Shown here piece by piece: positions 30,304-40,188 of a stretch of 64,000 nucleotides of DNA (position 1 is the first letter of the stretch; the number at the start of each line of letters is the position of its first letter). The translations under genes and the position numbers were made by a program. This stretch comes from Alphaproteobacteria bacterium (GTDB taxonomy: Bacteria; Pseudomonadota; Alphaproteobacteria; JBFXJJ01): NCBI GenBank assembly GCA_050175015.1, contig JBFXJJ010000002.1, positions 1-64,000 on the forward strand, read 5' to 3'. Under the pieces are notes generated by a model, which was given only the letters and a program-made list of their open reading frames with translations, made no database searches and was not told where the DNA came from.

Positions 30304-33300
30304 TTATGGAGCTGGCAGTGGAGGCGGCGCAGGTGGTGCCGCTTGATTGTTTCCGGCATTTGCAGGCTCAGTCACTGATTTTTCGGTCTTTATCTCTCCA
30401 AATTTTAAGCGACTGACGTAATCACTCATAAAACTTCTAAACTTTTCAACATCTTGAACTTGGCTGTATATCTCATTAAAGTTCGAAATCTCACCTTCTT
30501 TACCGCTGGTTAAAAGATTAAAAACGTCCCAGTGATCCGTATCTTTCATATAAGGCGCAAAGTTATTCCTAAGACGCATAATAACCCTGTCTCTTCCTGC
30601 CAACCTTAATGCCGTTGCCCAATCAAGTATTCTGCGAGCCTGCTCGTCTGTCATGGGCTTATCTTTACTAGGCTTTTCTATAAGAAGCTTTATAGTATCG
30701 GCAGCATTATTCCAATCATTGTTATGCCAATAGATTTCTGCTCTAAGTAAAACACCGTCCTCGGTTTCATCACCATTTAAAAGAGCTATGGCCTCATTTG
30801 TTTTATTCATATCAGAAAGCGCTCTTGCTCTCAAATGTCGTCTTCTCATAGCCAATAGAGGAGGAATATTATCAACATTAGTTTCGTCTAAGGATTTTAT
30901 CGCATCTTGAGGTTTCTTATCAAGCAGCCTTATTAGTGCAAGCTTAGCTCCAAAAACAGCTTTTTCATCATCTTTAGCACGCTTCTTTATCATATTGTCT
31001 AAAAGACTTGCGGCTCTATCAAGTAAATCTACCGCAACCAGCCTATCCGTCAATTTATTGATAAGTTCGTTCCCTATATCGCCCTCAGGTATTAAATTTT
31101 TGTGGTCTTCAAAAATAGCAAGAGCCTTTATCGGCGACATATCATCAGCTTTGCCACTAATAAACAAGTCTTCAAAAATTTTCTGCATTCTGCTTTTTAT
31201 AGGATCTGAATATTTACTATTCTTAAAAGAAACATAAGCCCTTTTTAAAGTATCAAAAGCTTGTTTGTAGTCTTTATCTTCAATATAAAAATCTGTAAGA
31301 GTTGATAAAACTTCGTACTCAAAGTCATCTCCTCGCCAATCCATAACTAAATCTTCATAAATTTTAATAGCGTCTTTTATTTTTATTTTCTTTATTTCTA
31401 ACTCAAGTTTAGTTTTTTCTTTAAGAGCATAAGCTGAATATTTACGACTGCCGCCATACCAAATCACATTGCTGTAATCACTAATAGCTGGCCGATAAGA
31501 CCCCGTCATAGCCTCCCATTTTGCTATATAGTAAACGTGTTCCGCCTTCTCCATAGGAAGCCCTTGATCATTATAAGAAAGTTCCAAAAAGTTTTGAGCT
31601 GCGCCATCATCTTCTGCCGCCAATGCAGCTTTAACTGCGATTGTCGCCAACTTGTTTCTAACAGGCTGCGGATAGGTTTTAAGTACTGTATTTGCTGTTT
31701 TAAAGTAGCTTATTTGCTTTTCTGGTTCGCTGATCGAAGCCTCGGTTGCAGCTCTCCATAAAACGGCGGTTTCATCATTTACGAGCGATGGGTGATTAAA
31801 ATCAACCAATGCCTCATTATAGCGCTGTATTAAGAAATTAGCCATACCTCTAGCAGCATAAAGAGCAGCAGGATTAACATCCTTATGGTCACTTTTCATT
31901 ATGTTTTCAATAATGCCTAAAGCATCTGCTGGTAAATCGTGCGCAATATAATAACGTGCAGCCTCAAGACGGGCTAAATTCTTTTTATCTTCAGGTGCAA
32001 GAGCCATCAAGTTATTAAGCGTAAACGTGTCATAATTAATTTTATCCACCCCTCCACGATACCATCTCGCAAGGTTAAAGTTGGGAGATAGCTTCTGTTT
32101 GCCATCTTGCATTAATAACGCCGTCAGGTGATCAGAGTCGTTAGATAATGACAAACCTTCAGGAGGCATTATAACCTCAACCCCATTAACAGAAGTTCTG
32201 ATGTAAACCCCCTCATTTTTGGGAACAATCGCTATACCTTGAGCCGTAGGCAGAAAATCAACATCGACATAAGACATCTCAGGGAAAATACCTCTGCCCA
32301 AAGAGAATATAGGAACAACAAAAATAACATCTCCAATTTCAGGATCAACAACCGACATCATAAGACTGGGGTCTTTAACAGGCATAAATAATTTGGCGCC
32401 TTCAGGAGATGTATGAATAGGAACCACATCTATTGTGCTTTGCGGCTTTATTGGCTGTTGAACTAAATCAACAATCCACAAAAATCCCTCTCGTCTAATG
32501 CTTGGAGAAAAACTAGGATACGTTAATATTCTTACAACGGTTCCTTTAGAGTGAGGAATTTGAACCATATCTTTGATGACGTCACCACTCATTCTCATCA
32601 TCATTGTAAAATCAATCGTTTTCTTATTATTAAAAATCAGCCAGATATATCCTGCTCTCTTAAAGGCAGCCAATGACGTTTGCATATTCCAAGGAAAACT
32701 TAAGCTCACAATACGTGAATGAGTCATAGGCAGGAGCTTGCTTGGCTCGCTGACAACGGTAAGCTTCTCATCCGGGGTTTTACCCTTATCCTTAACCTTA
32801 TCTTTTAGATTTTTATTTGCTTTTTTGGTTTCAGCAATATTTGCAAGTTTTTCTTTAACAACCTGTCCTATCGGAGATGTTTTGGGTCTGATGCTTGAAG
32901 AACTGGCATTCTTAGGATTCAAAAAAACATCGACAACGATTGATCTTGATAAAATAAAATTTTCTTTTAAGCTGCCAGGAAGTTCTAAAAACGTTTTATC
33001 TTTGTCATTTTTAATCGATATTTTAGACGCATCTAGTTCTTGAGGAAGTTTTGATGCTAGTTCTGACTTATTAAAATGGAAAGGCTTATCAAAAGTAACT
33101 ATGACCTTATTGTCGTTAGAAGAAACGCTGTATTTAGGAACATTCTTGAAATCAAAAACATATCTAAAAAAAGTGTCGTGATAACCCGTTCTTATTAAAA
33201 CAGCATCTGATGAGTTATTAAATTTGCTATTTTTAGGTATCTCAATAGGACTGCCTAAAATATCAATAACAATATTATCTTTATCTTTAAAATCTCTAAC

Positions 33301-33648
33301 CGGATAAGGACGGGTCATTTTTATTTTGATTCTCTTCCCGTCTTTTGATTTTTCTATGTTATCTATGTAGCCGGATAATGATGATAAGATACTGCTTAGA
33401 GCAGCGTTTTGCTCTTTAGAAAAAAATATTTCTAAATTCTCTTCATTCACCTTGATTTTATAGTTGGTGCCTTCGGCGGTGTTAAAAACGATACGCCCGT
33501 AACCATCGCTGACAAAAGAAGAAACCATATCAGGAGCAGGGTAAGCAATATTTGGACTTAAAAAAGCCCCAAGGATTATCAAAGCTGCTACCAAAAAACG
33601 CTTCAAAGATAAGCTCCTAAAAAAATACCCTATAAAAATATTTAACAA
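30304..33648 (-). CDS. Large exported TPR-containing protein, flagellar-motor associated (MotK-like by context)
   Basis: Signal/TM N-terminus, beta-rich N-half, helical TPR-like C-half (WRGDDFE, LVAVDLLDRA); downstream of motE. Confidence 0.7.
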   Translation of the reverse strand: MLNIFIGYFFRSLSLKRFLVAALIILGAFLSPNIAYPAPDMVSSFVSDGYGRIVFNTAEGTNYKIKVNEENLEIFFSKEQNAALSSILSSLSGYIDNIEKSKDGKRIKIKMTRPYPVRDFKDKDNIVIDILGSPIEIPKNSKFNNSSDAVLIRTGYHDTFFRYVFDFKNVPKYSVSSNDNKVIVTFDKPFHFNKSELASKLPQELDASKISIKNDKDKTFLELPGSLKENFILSRSIVVDVFLNPKNASSSSIRPKTSPIGQVVKEKLANIAETKKANKNLKDKVKDKGKTPDEKLTVVSEPSKLLPMTHSRIVSLSFPWNMQTSLAAFKRAGYIWLIFNNKKTIDFTMMMRMSGDVIKDMVQIPHSKGTVVRILTYPSFSPSIRREGFLWIVDLVQQPIKPQSTIDVVPIHTSPEGAKLFMPVKDPSLMMSVVDPEIGDVIFVVPIFSLGRGIFPEMSYVDVDFLPTAQGIAIVPKNEGVYIRTSVNGVEVIMPPEGLSLSNDSDHLTALLMQDGKQKLSPNFNLARWYRGGVDKINYDTFTLNNLMALAPEDKKNLARLEAARYYIAHDLPADALGIIENIMKSDHKDVNPAALYAARGMANFLIQRYNEALVDFNHPSLVNDETAVLWRAATEASISEPEKQISYFKTANTVLKTYPQPVRNKLATIAVKAALAAEDDGAAQNFLELSYNDQGLPMEKAEHVYYIAKWEAMTGSYRPAISDYSNVIWYGGSRKYSAYALKEKTKLELEIKKIKIKDAIKIYEDLVMDWRGDDFEYEVLSTLTDFYIEDKDYKQAFDTLKRAYVSFKNSKYSDPIKSRMQKIFEDLFISGKADDMSPIKALAIFEDHKNLIPEGDIGNELINKLTDRLVAVDLLDRAASLLDNMIKKRAKDDEKAVFGAKLALIRLLDKKPQDAIKSLDETNVDNIPPLLAMRRRHLRARALSDMNKTNEAIALLNGDETEDGVLLRAEIYWHNNDWNNAADTIKLLIEKPSKDKPMTDEQARRILDWATALRLAGRDRVIMRLRNNFAPYMKDTDHWDVFNLLTSGKEGEISNFNEIYSQVQDVEKFRSFMSDYVSRLKFGEIKTEKSVTEPANAGNNQAAPPAPPPLPAP

Positions 33649-33701
33649 AAAAATGAATTATAAAATAAATCAATTTAGAAAAAAACAAAATAACTCTGAT
33701 C

Positions 33702-33743
33702 AAAAAAATAAGGCTGCCAGAACATTAAGCAATGGCAACCTTA
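33702..33743 (-). terminator. Intrinsic terminator after cheY
   Basis: Minus strand TAAGGTTGCCA...TGGCAGCCTTA followed by T7. Confidence 0.6.
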
Positions 33744-33772
33744 CAACATCTTTACCAAATATAGTAAAAAAC

Positions 33773-34165
33773 TTAAGAAATATCCCCAAGAACACTGGAC
33801 ATTTTTGCTTTTAATGTCTCACCATTAAATGGTTTAACTATATAGTTTGAAACACCAGCTTGTTTTGCAGCAATAACATTTTCAGGCTTACTTTCAGCAG
33901 TAACCATAATAAATGGTATTCTTTTAAGCTTTTCATCTTTACGAACTTCCTGCAATAGCTGGAAGCCTGTCATCGGTTCCATATTCCAATCAGAAATAAT
34001 CAAACCGTGTGGACCTTGAGACCGTAGAACCTGCAAAGCCTGTTTGCCATCTTCTGCCTCATCAACATTGTTAAAACCAATTTGCTTTAAAAGGTTTCTA
34101 ATAATTCTTCTCATCGTTTTATAGTCATCAACGACTAAAACCTTCATTTGCTTATTAACTGCCAT
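33773..34165 (-). CDS. cheY: Chemotaxis response regulator CheY
   Basis: VVDD, ISDWNMEPM, MVTAE, YIVKPF; single receiver domain. Confidence 0.93.
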   Translation of the reverse strand: MAVNKQMKVLVVDDYKTMRRIIRNLLKQIGFNNVDEAEDGKQALQVLRSQGPHGLIISDWNMEPMTGFQLLQEVRKDEKLKRIPFIMVTAESKPENVIAAKQAGVSNYIVKPFNGETLKAKMSSVLGDIS

Positions 34166-34274
34166 TGTTTCCCACCTAAATATCGTTCTTTAAAACTAAT
34201 TTTTATTATTATATAAACAATTTATCAAATATCAATTAAACAAATAGTTAATATTTTTACTAAAAATTTAAAAT

Positions 34275-34994
34275 CTATCTTAAAATACTTTTTCCACTGT
34301 CTAAATTCAAGCTATTCAGCTTATTTCTATCTGCTAATTCGATAGTTAATGCTCGAGCTTTTTCTGGAGACATAGCCGAAAGTATAGCTGCAGCATTTTG
34401 CGTTCTCATTTTTTCAAACAAAACTATCAATATATTCATCTCTAAATCATCAAAAATAACAGCCGCATCTTTCGGTTTCATTTTTGTATATAAATCAACT
34501 AATCCCTGAAGCCGTTCCTGTTCTTTCTTATCATATTCTCCAAGCAGCTCTTTTATACTTTTTTCATAACTTTTTAAAGAACTAATTTTACGTTCTATTT
34601 GTCCTTCCGCTGCTTTTAGGAGAGCCATTTGCTGCTCAACTTGCTTTTCTCTAGCATCTATCTCTTCTCTTCTTTTAGCTAAGCTTTGAAGAACATCTAT
34701 CTCTGAGGGGCTGTATTCCTCATTTCCTGCAATATCTGAATCGGCATCTTCTGTCATCAGATATCCTGGAGCAAAATCTTGACCTGGGGCCATAAGATTA
34801 TCTTCTTTAGCTTTGCCACTGTTTGCATCAGCTGCATTAGCCTTAGTTTCTGCAAAAATATTATTATCCTGCTCGACATCAAACGATAAAAAAATGCTTT
34901 TCAATCTAACCGTCATCATTAATACCATAAAAAATATTACCAACGGTATTAATTTCAAATTGATGCGGCTTTTTTTTACTTCATTATCACTCAT
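34275..34994 (-). CDS. motE: MotE-family flagellar protein (MgtE N-like)
   Basis: TM, coiled coil, LYTKMKPKDAAVIF...AAAILSAMSPEKA. Confidence 0.8.
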   Translation of the reverse strand: MSDNEVKKSRINLKLIPLVIFFMVLMMTVRLKSIFLSFDVEQDNNIFAETKANAADANSGKAKEDNLMAPGQDFAPGYLMTEDADSDIAGNEEYSPSEIDVLQSLAKRREEIDAREKQVEQQMALLKAAEGQIERKISSLKSYEKSIKELLGEYDKKEQERLQGLVDLYTKMKPKDAAVIFDDLEMNILIVLFEKMRTQNAAAILSAMSPEKARALTIELADRNKLNSLNLDSGKSILR

Positions 34995-35563
34995 GCTTTG
35001 TCCTTTAATGAAGAGGATTGCATAGCTCTTAACAAGTTACGTTCAGCGTCCGACATATTATCGTGTTCAGCAAAAAAGGCTTCTTCATCATCATAATTAC
35101 CTAAAGCCATAGCCCCTAACATCGTTTTTGCTTCTTCGTGAACTAACCCCTTGTTTCTTGCGGCCGGTTTTGTTTCCAGCGCCGCAGCTAGATTAAGAGC
35201 TTTAGCTCTCATTGGAGATTTTTGTTTATTCACAGTTTCGTGCCTTGCCGTAGCTAAGTCTTCTTCTAATCTTTCTGCTATACTCTCTGAGCGCTCAATC
35301 ATAAATGATAAATCATCTCGAAGCACTTGGGCTTTTTCTATCTGTTCTTTAAGATTTAGGCTGTTGGCCTCTATGGTCTGCTTAAACTTGGGAATACTTG
35401 TTTCCGCCCTTGAGGTTGCAATATTAAAATCGTTTATCAAACTTCCTAATTCTTTTTTACTTTTACGAATAACATCAAGCTTACGGTTAAGCACGGTTGC
35501 AAAACCTATTGTTGTTGCTAAAAGAACTATAACTATTAAGTCAAAAATTGTTTGAATATTCAT
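34991..35563 (-). CDS. DUF6468 / PflI-like bitopic coiled-coil protein
   Basis: N-terminal TM, LNRKL, coiled coil, SDAERNLLRAM end; directly downstream of fliM as pflI is in Caulobacter. Confidence 0.7.
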   Translation of the reverse strand: MNIQTIFDLIVIVLLATTIGFATVLNRKLDVIRKSKKELGSLINDFNIATSRAETSIPKFKQTIEANSLNLKEQIEKAQVLRDDLSFMIERSESIAERLEEDLATARHETVNKQKSPMRAKALNLAAALETKPAARNKGLVHEEAKTMLGAMALGNYDDEEAFFAEHDNMSDAERNLLRAMQSSSLKDKA

Positions 35564-35571
35564 ATTTATCC

Positions 35572-36768
35572 TTAAGTCTTTCGCCGCTTAACTTTATCAA
35601 TAATTTTGATTGCTATTTTATTGCCTTTGCGCCCCATATTTCCTCTAAACATTGGAATATCGCCGCATAGCACCTCAACTTGAGATGAAGGCGTTGCATT
35701 GAGCATAATTCTTGAACCCTTCTGCCAGCTAAGCACATCTCTAAGCATAATTTCCTGCTGGTCTAAAACCGCAGACATATCAACTTCGGTTAGCCATAGT
35801 TCTTCTGCAAGGTGGGTTTCCCAAATTGAGTCTCTACCAAATTTTTCACCCATAAACATTTGCAGCAAAAGCTCTCTGACCGGTTCCAATGTTGCATAAG
35901 GAATAAGCAATTCAATACGGCCGCCTCGGTCTTCCATATCAATTCTTAATTTAGCAACTATCGCCGCATTTGAAGGTCTTGAAATCGTTGCAAATCGTGG
36001 ATTTGTTTCTAATCTGTCAAATCTAAAAGTTACAGGACTTAACGGATCAAAAGCGGCTGACAAGTCAGCCAAAACAACGTGTATCATACTTTCAACAAGG
36101 TTGCGTTCAATCGTTGTATAAGGTCTGCCCTCAATTCTCATTGCAGCCGTTCCTCTGCGACCGCCAAGCAACACGTCAACTACAGAGTAAATCATTGATG
36201 AATCAATCATCATCAATCCATAGTTATCCCATTCCTCAGCTTTAAAAACAATCAACATCGCAGGTAGAGGAATTGAATTCAAATAATCTCCAAAACGTAG
36301 AGATATAATATTATCAAGAGCAACTTCAACGTTGTCTTGAGTAAAGTTTCTAAGCGATGTTGACATCATTCTAACCAAACGGTCAAAAACGATTTCAAGC
36401 ATAGGCAGACGTTCATAAGAAACCATCGAAGAGTTTAATATGGCTTGAATACCCGATTTTTCGCTATGCTCTTCAATATTATCATCAAAGCCAAGCAAGC
36501 TATCGATCTCGTCTTGATCTAAAACTCTGCCATTTCCTGGGATTTCAGCATTAAACTCACCGTCAGCGCCTCCTTGAGCCTCACCGTCTCCACCTTCATT
36601 TTCCAGTGTTGCAGCCCATTCAGCCGCCATATCATCTTGGCTTTCATCTCCCGCAGAACTTTCTTCTGAAGGAGCTCCTTCTCCTTCATCGTCCATTCCA
36701 GCCATCTCTGCCCATTCAGCCATTAAAGCTTCTTCATCGACACTAGATTTATTTTCTGAATCAGCCAT
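35572..36768 (-). CDS. fliM: Flagellar motor switch protein FliM
   Basis: VLDQDEIDSLL, SYERLPMLEIVFDR, ETNPRF. Confidence 0.96.
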   Translation of the reverse strand: MADSENKSSVDEEALMAEWAEMAGMDDEGEGAPSEESSAGDESQDDMAAEWAATLENEGGDGEAQGGADGEFNAEIPGNGRVLDQDEIDSLLGFDDNIEEHSEKSGIQAILNSSMVSYERLPMLEIVFDRLVRMMSTSLRNFTQDNVEVALDNIISLRFGDYLNSIPLPAMLIVFKAEEWDNYGLMMIDSSMIYSVVDVLLGGRRGTAAMRIEGRPYTTIERNLVESMIHVVLADLSAAFDPLSPVTFRFDRLETNPRFATISRPSNAAIVAKLRIDMEDRGGRIELLIPYATLEPVRELLLQMFMGEKFGRDSIWETHLAEELWLTEVDMSAVLDQQEIMLRDVLSWQKGSRIMLNATPSSQVEVLCGDIPMFRGNMGRKGNKIAIKIIDKVKRRKT

Positions 36769-36783
36769 AAAAAAACACCCTAA

Positions 36784-37338
36784 TTAATGTATTTCGAATT
36801 GTTTAAATCTAATATCCAAAACTTTTGCTGGTCTAACTGCTCGATTAACTCTAAAAAGAAGTTCCTCTTTGAGACGATAAACGCCAGCCGATCCCTCTAA
36901 TTCTTCTGCCCTAATTTCTCTTAAATGAATTAAAAAAGTATCTATCACTCTGGGCATATATTCTTCTACTCTTGGAATATCTAAAGCATCTTCAATTTCC
37001 AAAGAAACTCTGATTCTCATTAAACCACCAGGCCTATTATCGTTAGACCTTAAATTTACGACCATTTCTGGCAGATCATAAAAAACAGTATCTACAATTT
37101 CTTTTTGTTCGCCATTGTCTTCTGTTGTTTGCTCTTTTTTATCTTTGGGATTCATTCCGCCAAAAAGACTGTCAGCAACCCCAGAAAAATAAACACCAAC
37201 CGCAGCGCCTATTACCAAAAGCAACGGCAGAAGAATCATTATAATCTTTTTCCGGTTAATATCACCAGCAACAGAAGATTCTTCCGCAGCCTCACCTTCA
37301 GCAACGTCTTCATTAAGCTCTTCGTCTTCTTCAGCCAT
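36784..37338 (-). CDS. fliL: Flagellar basal body-associated protein FliL
   Basis: Single TM, FYDLPEMVVNL, PRVID, GSAGVYRLKEEL. Confidence 0.92.
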   Translation of the reverse strand: MAEEDEELNEDVAEGEAAEESSVAGDINRKKIIMILLPLLLVIGAAVGVYFSGVADSLFGGMNPKDKKEQTTEDNGEQKEIVDTVFYDLPEMVVNLRSNDNRPGGLMRIRVSLEIEDALDIPRVEEYMPRVIDTFLIHLREIRAEELEGSAGVYRLKEELLFRVNRAVRPAKVLDIRFKQFEIH

Positions 37339-37539
37339 ATTTTATATCTGCTCCAACCTAACTTAAAAAATTATAATTAATTAACTTATAACACAAAATA
37401 ATTAACAGTTACTTTATATTTTGCTTCTTATTTCTATCTTTTATCAAAAAATTACCACAAGTTTCTTTTCGCAACAAACCTTATTTTAAAACTATCCATA
37501 TGCAACGAAAGTGTATGCAAAGCAATGCTTTTAAGAAAC

Positions 37540-37555
37540 TGGCACGATAAATGCA
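37540..37555 (+). promoter_or_regulatory. Sigma54 promoter of flgFGAH
   Basis: TGGCACGATAAATGCA with correct GG/GC spacing, 55 bp before flgF. Confidence 0.85.
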
Positions 37556-37610
37556 TAGTTGTTTGTAGCGAAAAATTGTTAAGCAAAATATTTTAGATAG
37601 GATAAAAAAA

Positions 37611-38354
37611 ATGAATAACACTCTTTACATTTCATTATCTCGTCAAACAGCATTATGGAGGCAACTTGATGTTGTTGCCAATAATATGGCTAATATGAAT
37701 ACTACTGCTTTTAAAGCAGATAATTCTCTTTTCAGTCAATATTTGGTAAAAACCCCAAATGGCAGCACTCCAGATAAAACTTTAGCATTTACACAAGATT
37801 ATGGTTTGGTTGAGGATTTTTCTGAGGGTCCTATGTCTGCAACTAGCAATCCTTTAGATGTTGCTATTCACGGCGATGGCTTCTTTGTTTTAGAAGGATC
37901 TGACGGTGAAACCTACAGCCGAGATGGTCAATTTAAACTAAACAGTGATGGAATGCTGGTTAATTCTGACAACCTACCTGTTTTATCAACTAACAATGCG
38001 CCTATCTTTCTTGCTCCCAACGAGCAAGACATTGAAATTGCAAGAGATGGCACCGTTTCTACAGAAAACGGTGAAATCGGCAAAATAAAGATTGTTGCCT
38101 TTGAAGACAACCAAAAATTAACCAAAACCTATGGCAGCCTTTATGCCACCACCAAAGACAATCCAGCAAAAGAAGTTGAGACTGTTAATGTCGAACAAGG
38201 AATGCTTGAACAGTCAAATGTTCAGCCTATTAACGAAATCACCAAAATGATTTCTTTGCAACGTTCTTACGGCAACGTCCAACAAATGATTGATAGCGAA
38301 TACGAACGTTTAGGTAAAGCTATTGATGTTTTATCAGCTCGTGCTAACCGCTAA
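37611..38354 (+). CDS. flgF: Basal-body rod protein FlgF
   Basis: ANNMANMNTTAFK, NPLDVAI, QGMLEQSNV; precedes flgG. Confidence 0.93.
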   Translation: MNNTLYISLSRQTALWRQLDVVANNMANMNTTAFKADNSLFSQYLVKTPNGSTPDKTLAFTQDYGLVEDFSEGPMSATSNPLDVAIHGDGFFVLEGSDGETYSRDGQFKLNSDGMLVNSDNLPVLSTNNAPIFLAPNEQDIEIARDGTVSTENGEIGKIKIVAFEDNQKLTKTYGSLYATTKDNPAKEVETVNVEQGMLEQSNVQPINEITKMISLQRSYGNVQQMIDSEYERLGKAIDVLSARANR

Positions 38355-38378
38355 AAAAATAAAAAAAGGAGAAAAAAA

Positions 38379-39167
38379 ATGAGGTCTTTAAATATTGGAG
38401 CAACAGGAATGCTGGCACAGCAAACCAACGTTGAAGTTATATCAAATAATATCGCCAATATGAACACCACTGCTTATTCAAGACGCCGTGCAGAATTTCA
38501 TGATCTTATTTATCAAAATATGCGCCGTGTAGGTTCTAGTTCTTCAGACTCTGGTACGATTGTACCATCTGGTGTTCAACTCGGTATGGGTGTAAAAACC
38601 GCTGCAGTTTACCGTATTTCAGAAAGAGGAAGTATGATTTCAACCGATAATCCTCTTGATTTAGGTATCCAAGGAAAAGGATATTTTCAAGTTGAACTTC
38701 CGGGTGGAAAAGGCACAGCTTTTACTAAAGACGGTTCTTTCCAATTAAGTACTGACGGTGAACTTGTTACCCACGATGGATATACCGTTATGCCAGGAAT
38801 AACCATTCCTTCTGATGCAACGGGTGTTACCATTAACCAATCTGGTGAAGTTTGGGTAAAAATTGATGGTGAGTCCGAACAGGTTAATGTTGGACAGCTC
38901 GAACTTGCAACCTTTGCCAATGATGCTGGCTTAGAAGCAATCGGAGACAATTTGTTTGTTGAAACCACAGCGTCAGGACAAGCTAACGTTGCTCAGCCTG
39001 CAACTCCTGGATACGGCACAATTCTGCAAGGTTTTCTTGAAGCCTCAAATGTTAATGTAGTTTCTGAAATTACCGAACTCGTCAGTGCCCAGCGCGCCTA
39101 TGAAATGAATTCTAAAGTCATTCAAACATCTGACCAAATGATGTCAACAGTCAATCAAATGAAATAA
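38379..39167 (+). CDS. flgG: Distal rod protein FlgG
   Basis: SNNIANMNT, FHDLIYQ, LEASNVN, AQRAYEMNSKVI. Confidence 0.97.
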   Translation: MRSLNIGATGMLAQQTNVEVISNNIANMNTTAYSRRRAEFHDLIYQNMRRVGSSSSDSGTIVPSGVQLGMGVKTAAVYRISERGSMISTDNPLDLGIQGKGYFQVELPGGKGTAFTKDGSFQLSTDGELVTHDGYTVMPGITIPSDATGVTINQSGEVWVKIDGESEQVNVGQLELATFANDAGLEAIGDNLFVETTASGQANVAQPATPGYGTILQGFLEASNVNVVSEITELVSAQRAYEMNSKVIQTSDQMMSTVNQMK

Positions 39168-39190
39168 TTAAACATCTTGGGAGACTAACA

Positions 39191-40156
39191 ATGAAAAATT
39201 CAGTAAAAACAATGATGATATTAGTAGCGTCCTTAGTGTTTGCTTTTTCCGCAAATGCTGGCAGCAATGAGGATTTTCTCCTTTCTCAAGAGCTGATAAC
39301 GCTTAAGCCATCTAGCGTTGTTACTGATAATCACATCAAATTAGGTGACATCTTTAATGGTCTTTCTGAAAATAGTAACAAAGACGTAGCTATTTCTCCT
39401 AATCCTGGAGAACAGCTTGTTTTAGATGCTAGACAGCTTTATCGTATAGCTAGAGCATTAAACGTTGATTGGAGACCAATTTCTTTAGAAAGCGAGATAA
39501 TCATATCACGTGCCAGCCACATTGTTAAAAACAACGAAATTGAAGAAGCTGTAACTGATGCTCTTAGAAGCAAAGACATTGATGATGATGCTGAAATTGT
39601 CTTTAATACTAGAGATTTAGAAATTCATACTCCAGCAGATGTCATTGCCTCTCTTGTTGTTAAAGAACTTTTACTTGATGCCAGCAAAAGACGCTTTTCG
39701 GCAACGGTCGATATTGTTGCTGATGAGACTTCTTATGGCAACGTAAGAATTAGTGGGCAAATCTTTCCTGTAACATTAGTGCCTGTACTAAATGAAACAA
39801 TATCTTCGGGGACAATCATAAAAGATAATTATCTAGCTCTTGAAAGCGTTAGAACCGATCAAATCAAGTCGAATACTTTAATTGATAAAAAACAAATCAT
39901 TGGAATGGAAGCAAAAAAGAACCTACGTAAAGGCTCCACGATTCAAACTAACGAAATTGACCGCCCTCTTCTGGTTAACCGCAATCAACTAGTATCAATT
40001 GTATTCAATACCCCATCTATGAATCTCACGGCTAAAGGACAAGCAAAAGAAAGCGGCAGTGAGGGTGACTTAATCAAAGTTGTGAATACCAGAAGCAACA
40101 AAACAATACAGGCAAGAATCACAAGTGAAGCAACCGTTGTTGTTGATACACTATAG
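39191..40156 (+). CDS. flgA: P-ring formation chaperone FlgA
   Basis: Signal peptide, C-terminal SAF-like (LTAKGQAKESG...IKVVNTRS); between flgG and flgH. Confidence 0.9.
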   Translation: MKNSVKTMMILVASLVFAFSANAGSNEDFLLSQELITLKPSSVVTDNHIKLGDIFNGLSENSNKDVAISPNPGEQLVLDARQLYRIARALNVDWRPISLESEIIISRASHIVKNNEIEEAVTDALRSKDIDDDAEIVFNTRDLEIHTPADVIASLVVKELLLDASKRRFSATVDIVADETSYGNVRISGQIFPVTLVPVLNETISSGTIIKDNYLALESVRTDQIKSNTLIDKKQIIGMEAKKNLRKGSTIQTNEIDRPLLVNRNQLVSIVFNTPSMNLTAKGQAKESGSEGDLIKVVNTRSNKTIQARITSEATVVVDTL

Positions 40157-40188
40157 AAATTTTAACAATTCCATAAGGGGAATTAATT

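Noticed and set aside
37377-37392. TTAA-N7-ATAAC CtrA-like site upstream of fliL
   Set aside because: Plausible by context but not distinguishable from the AT-rich background
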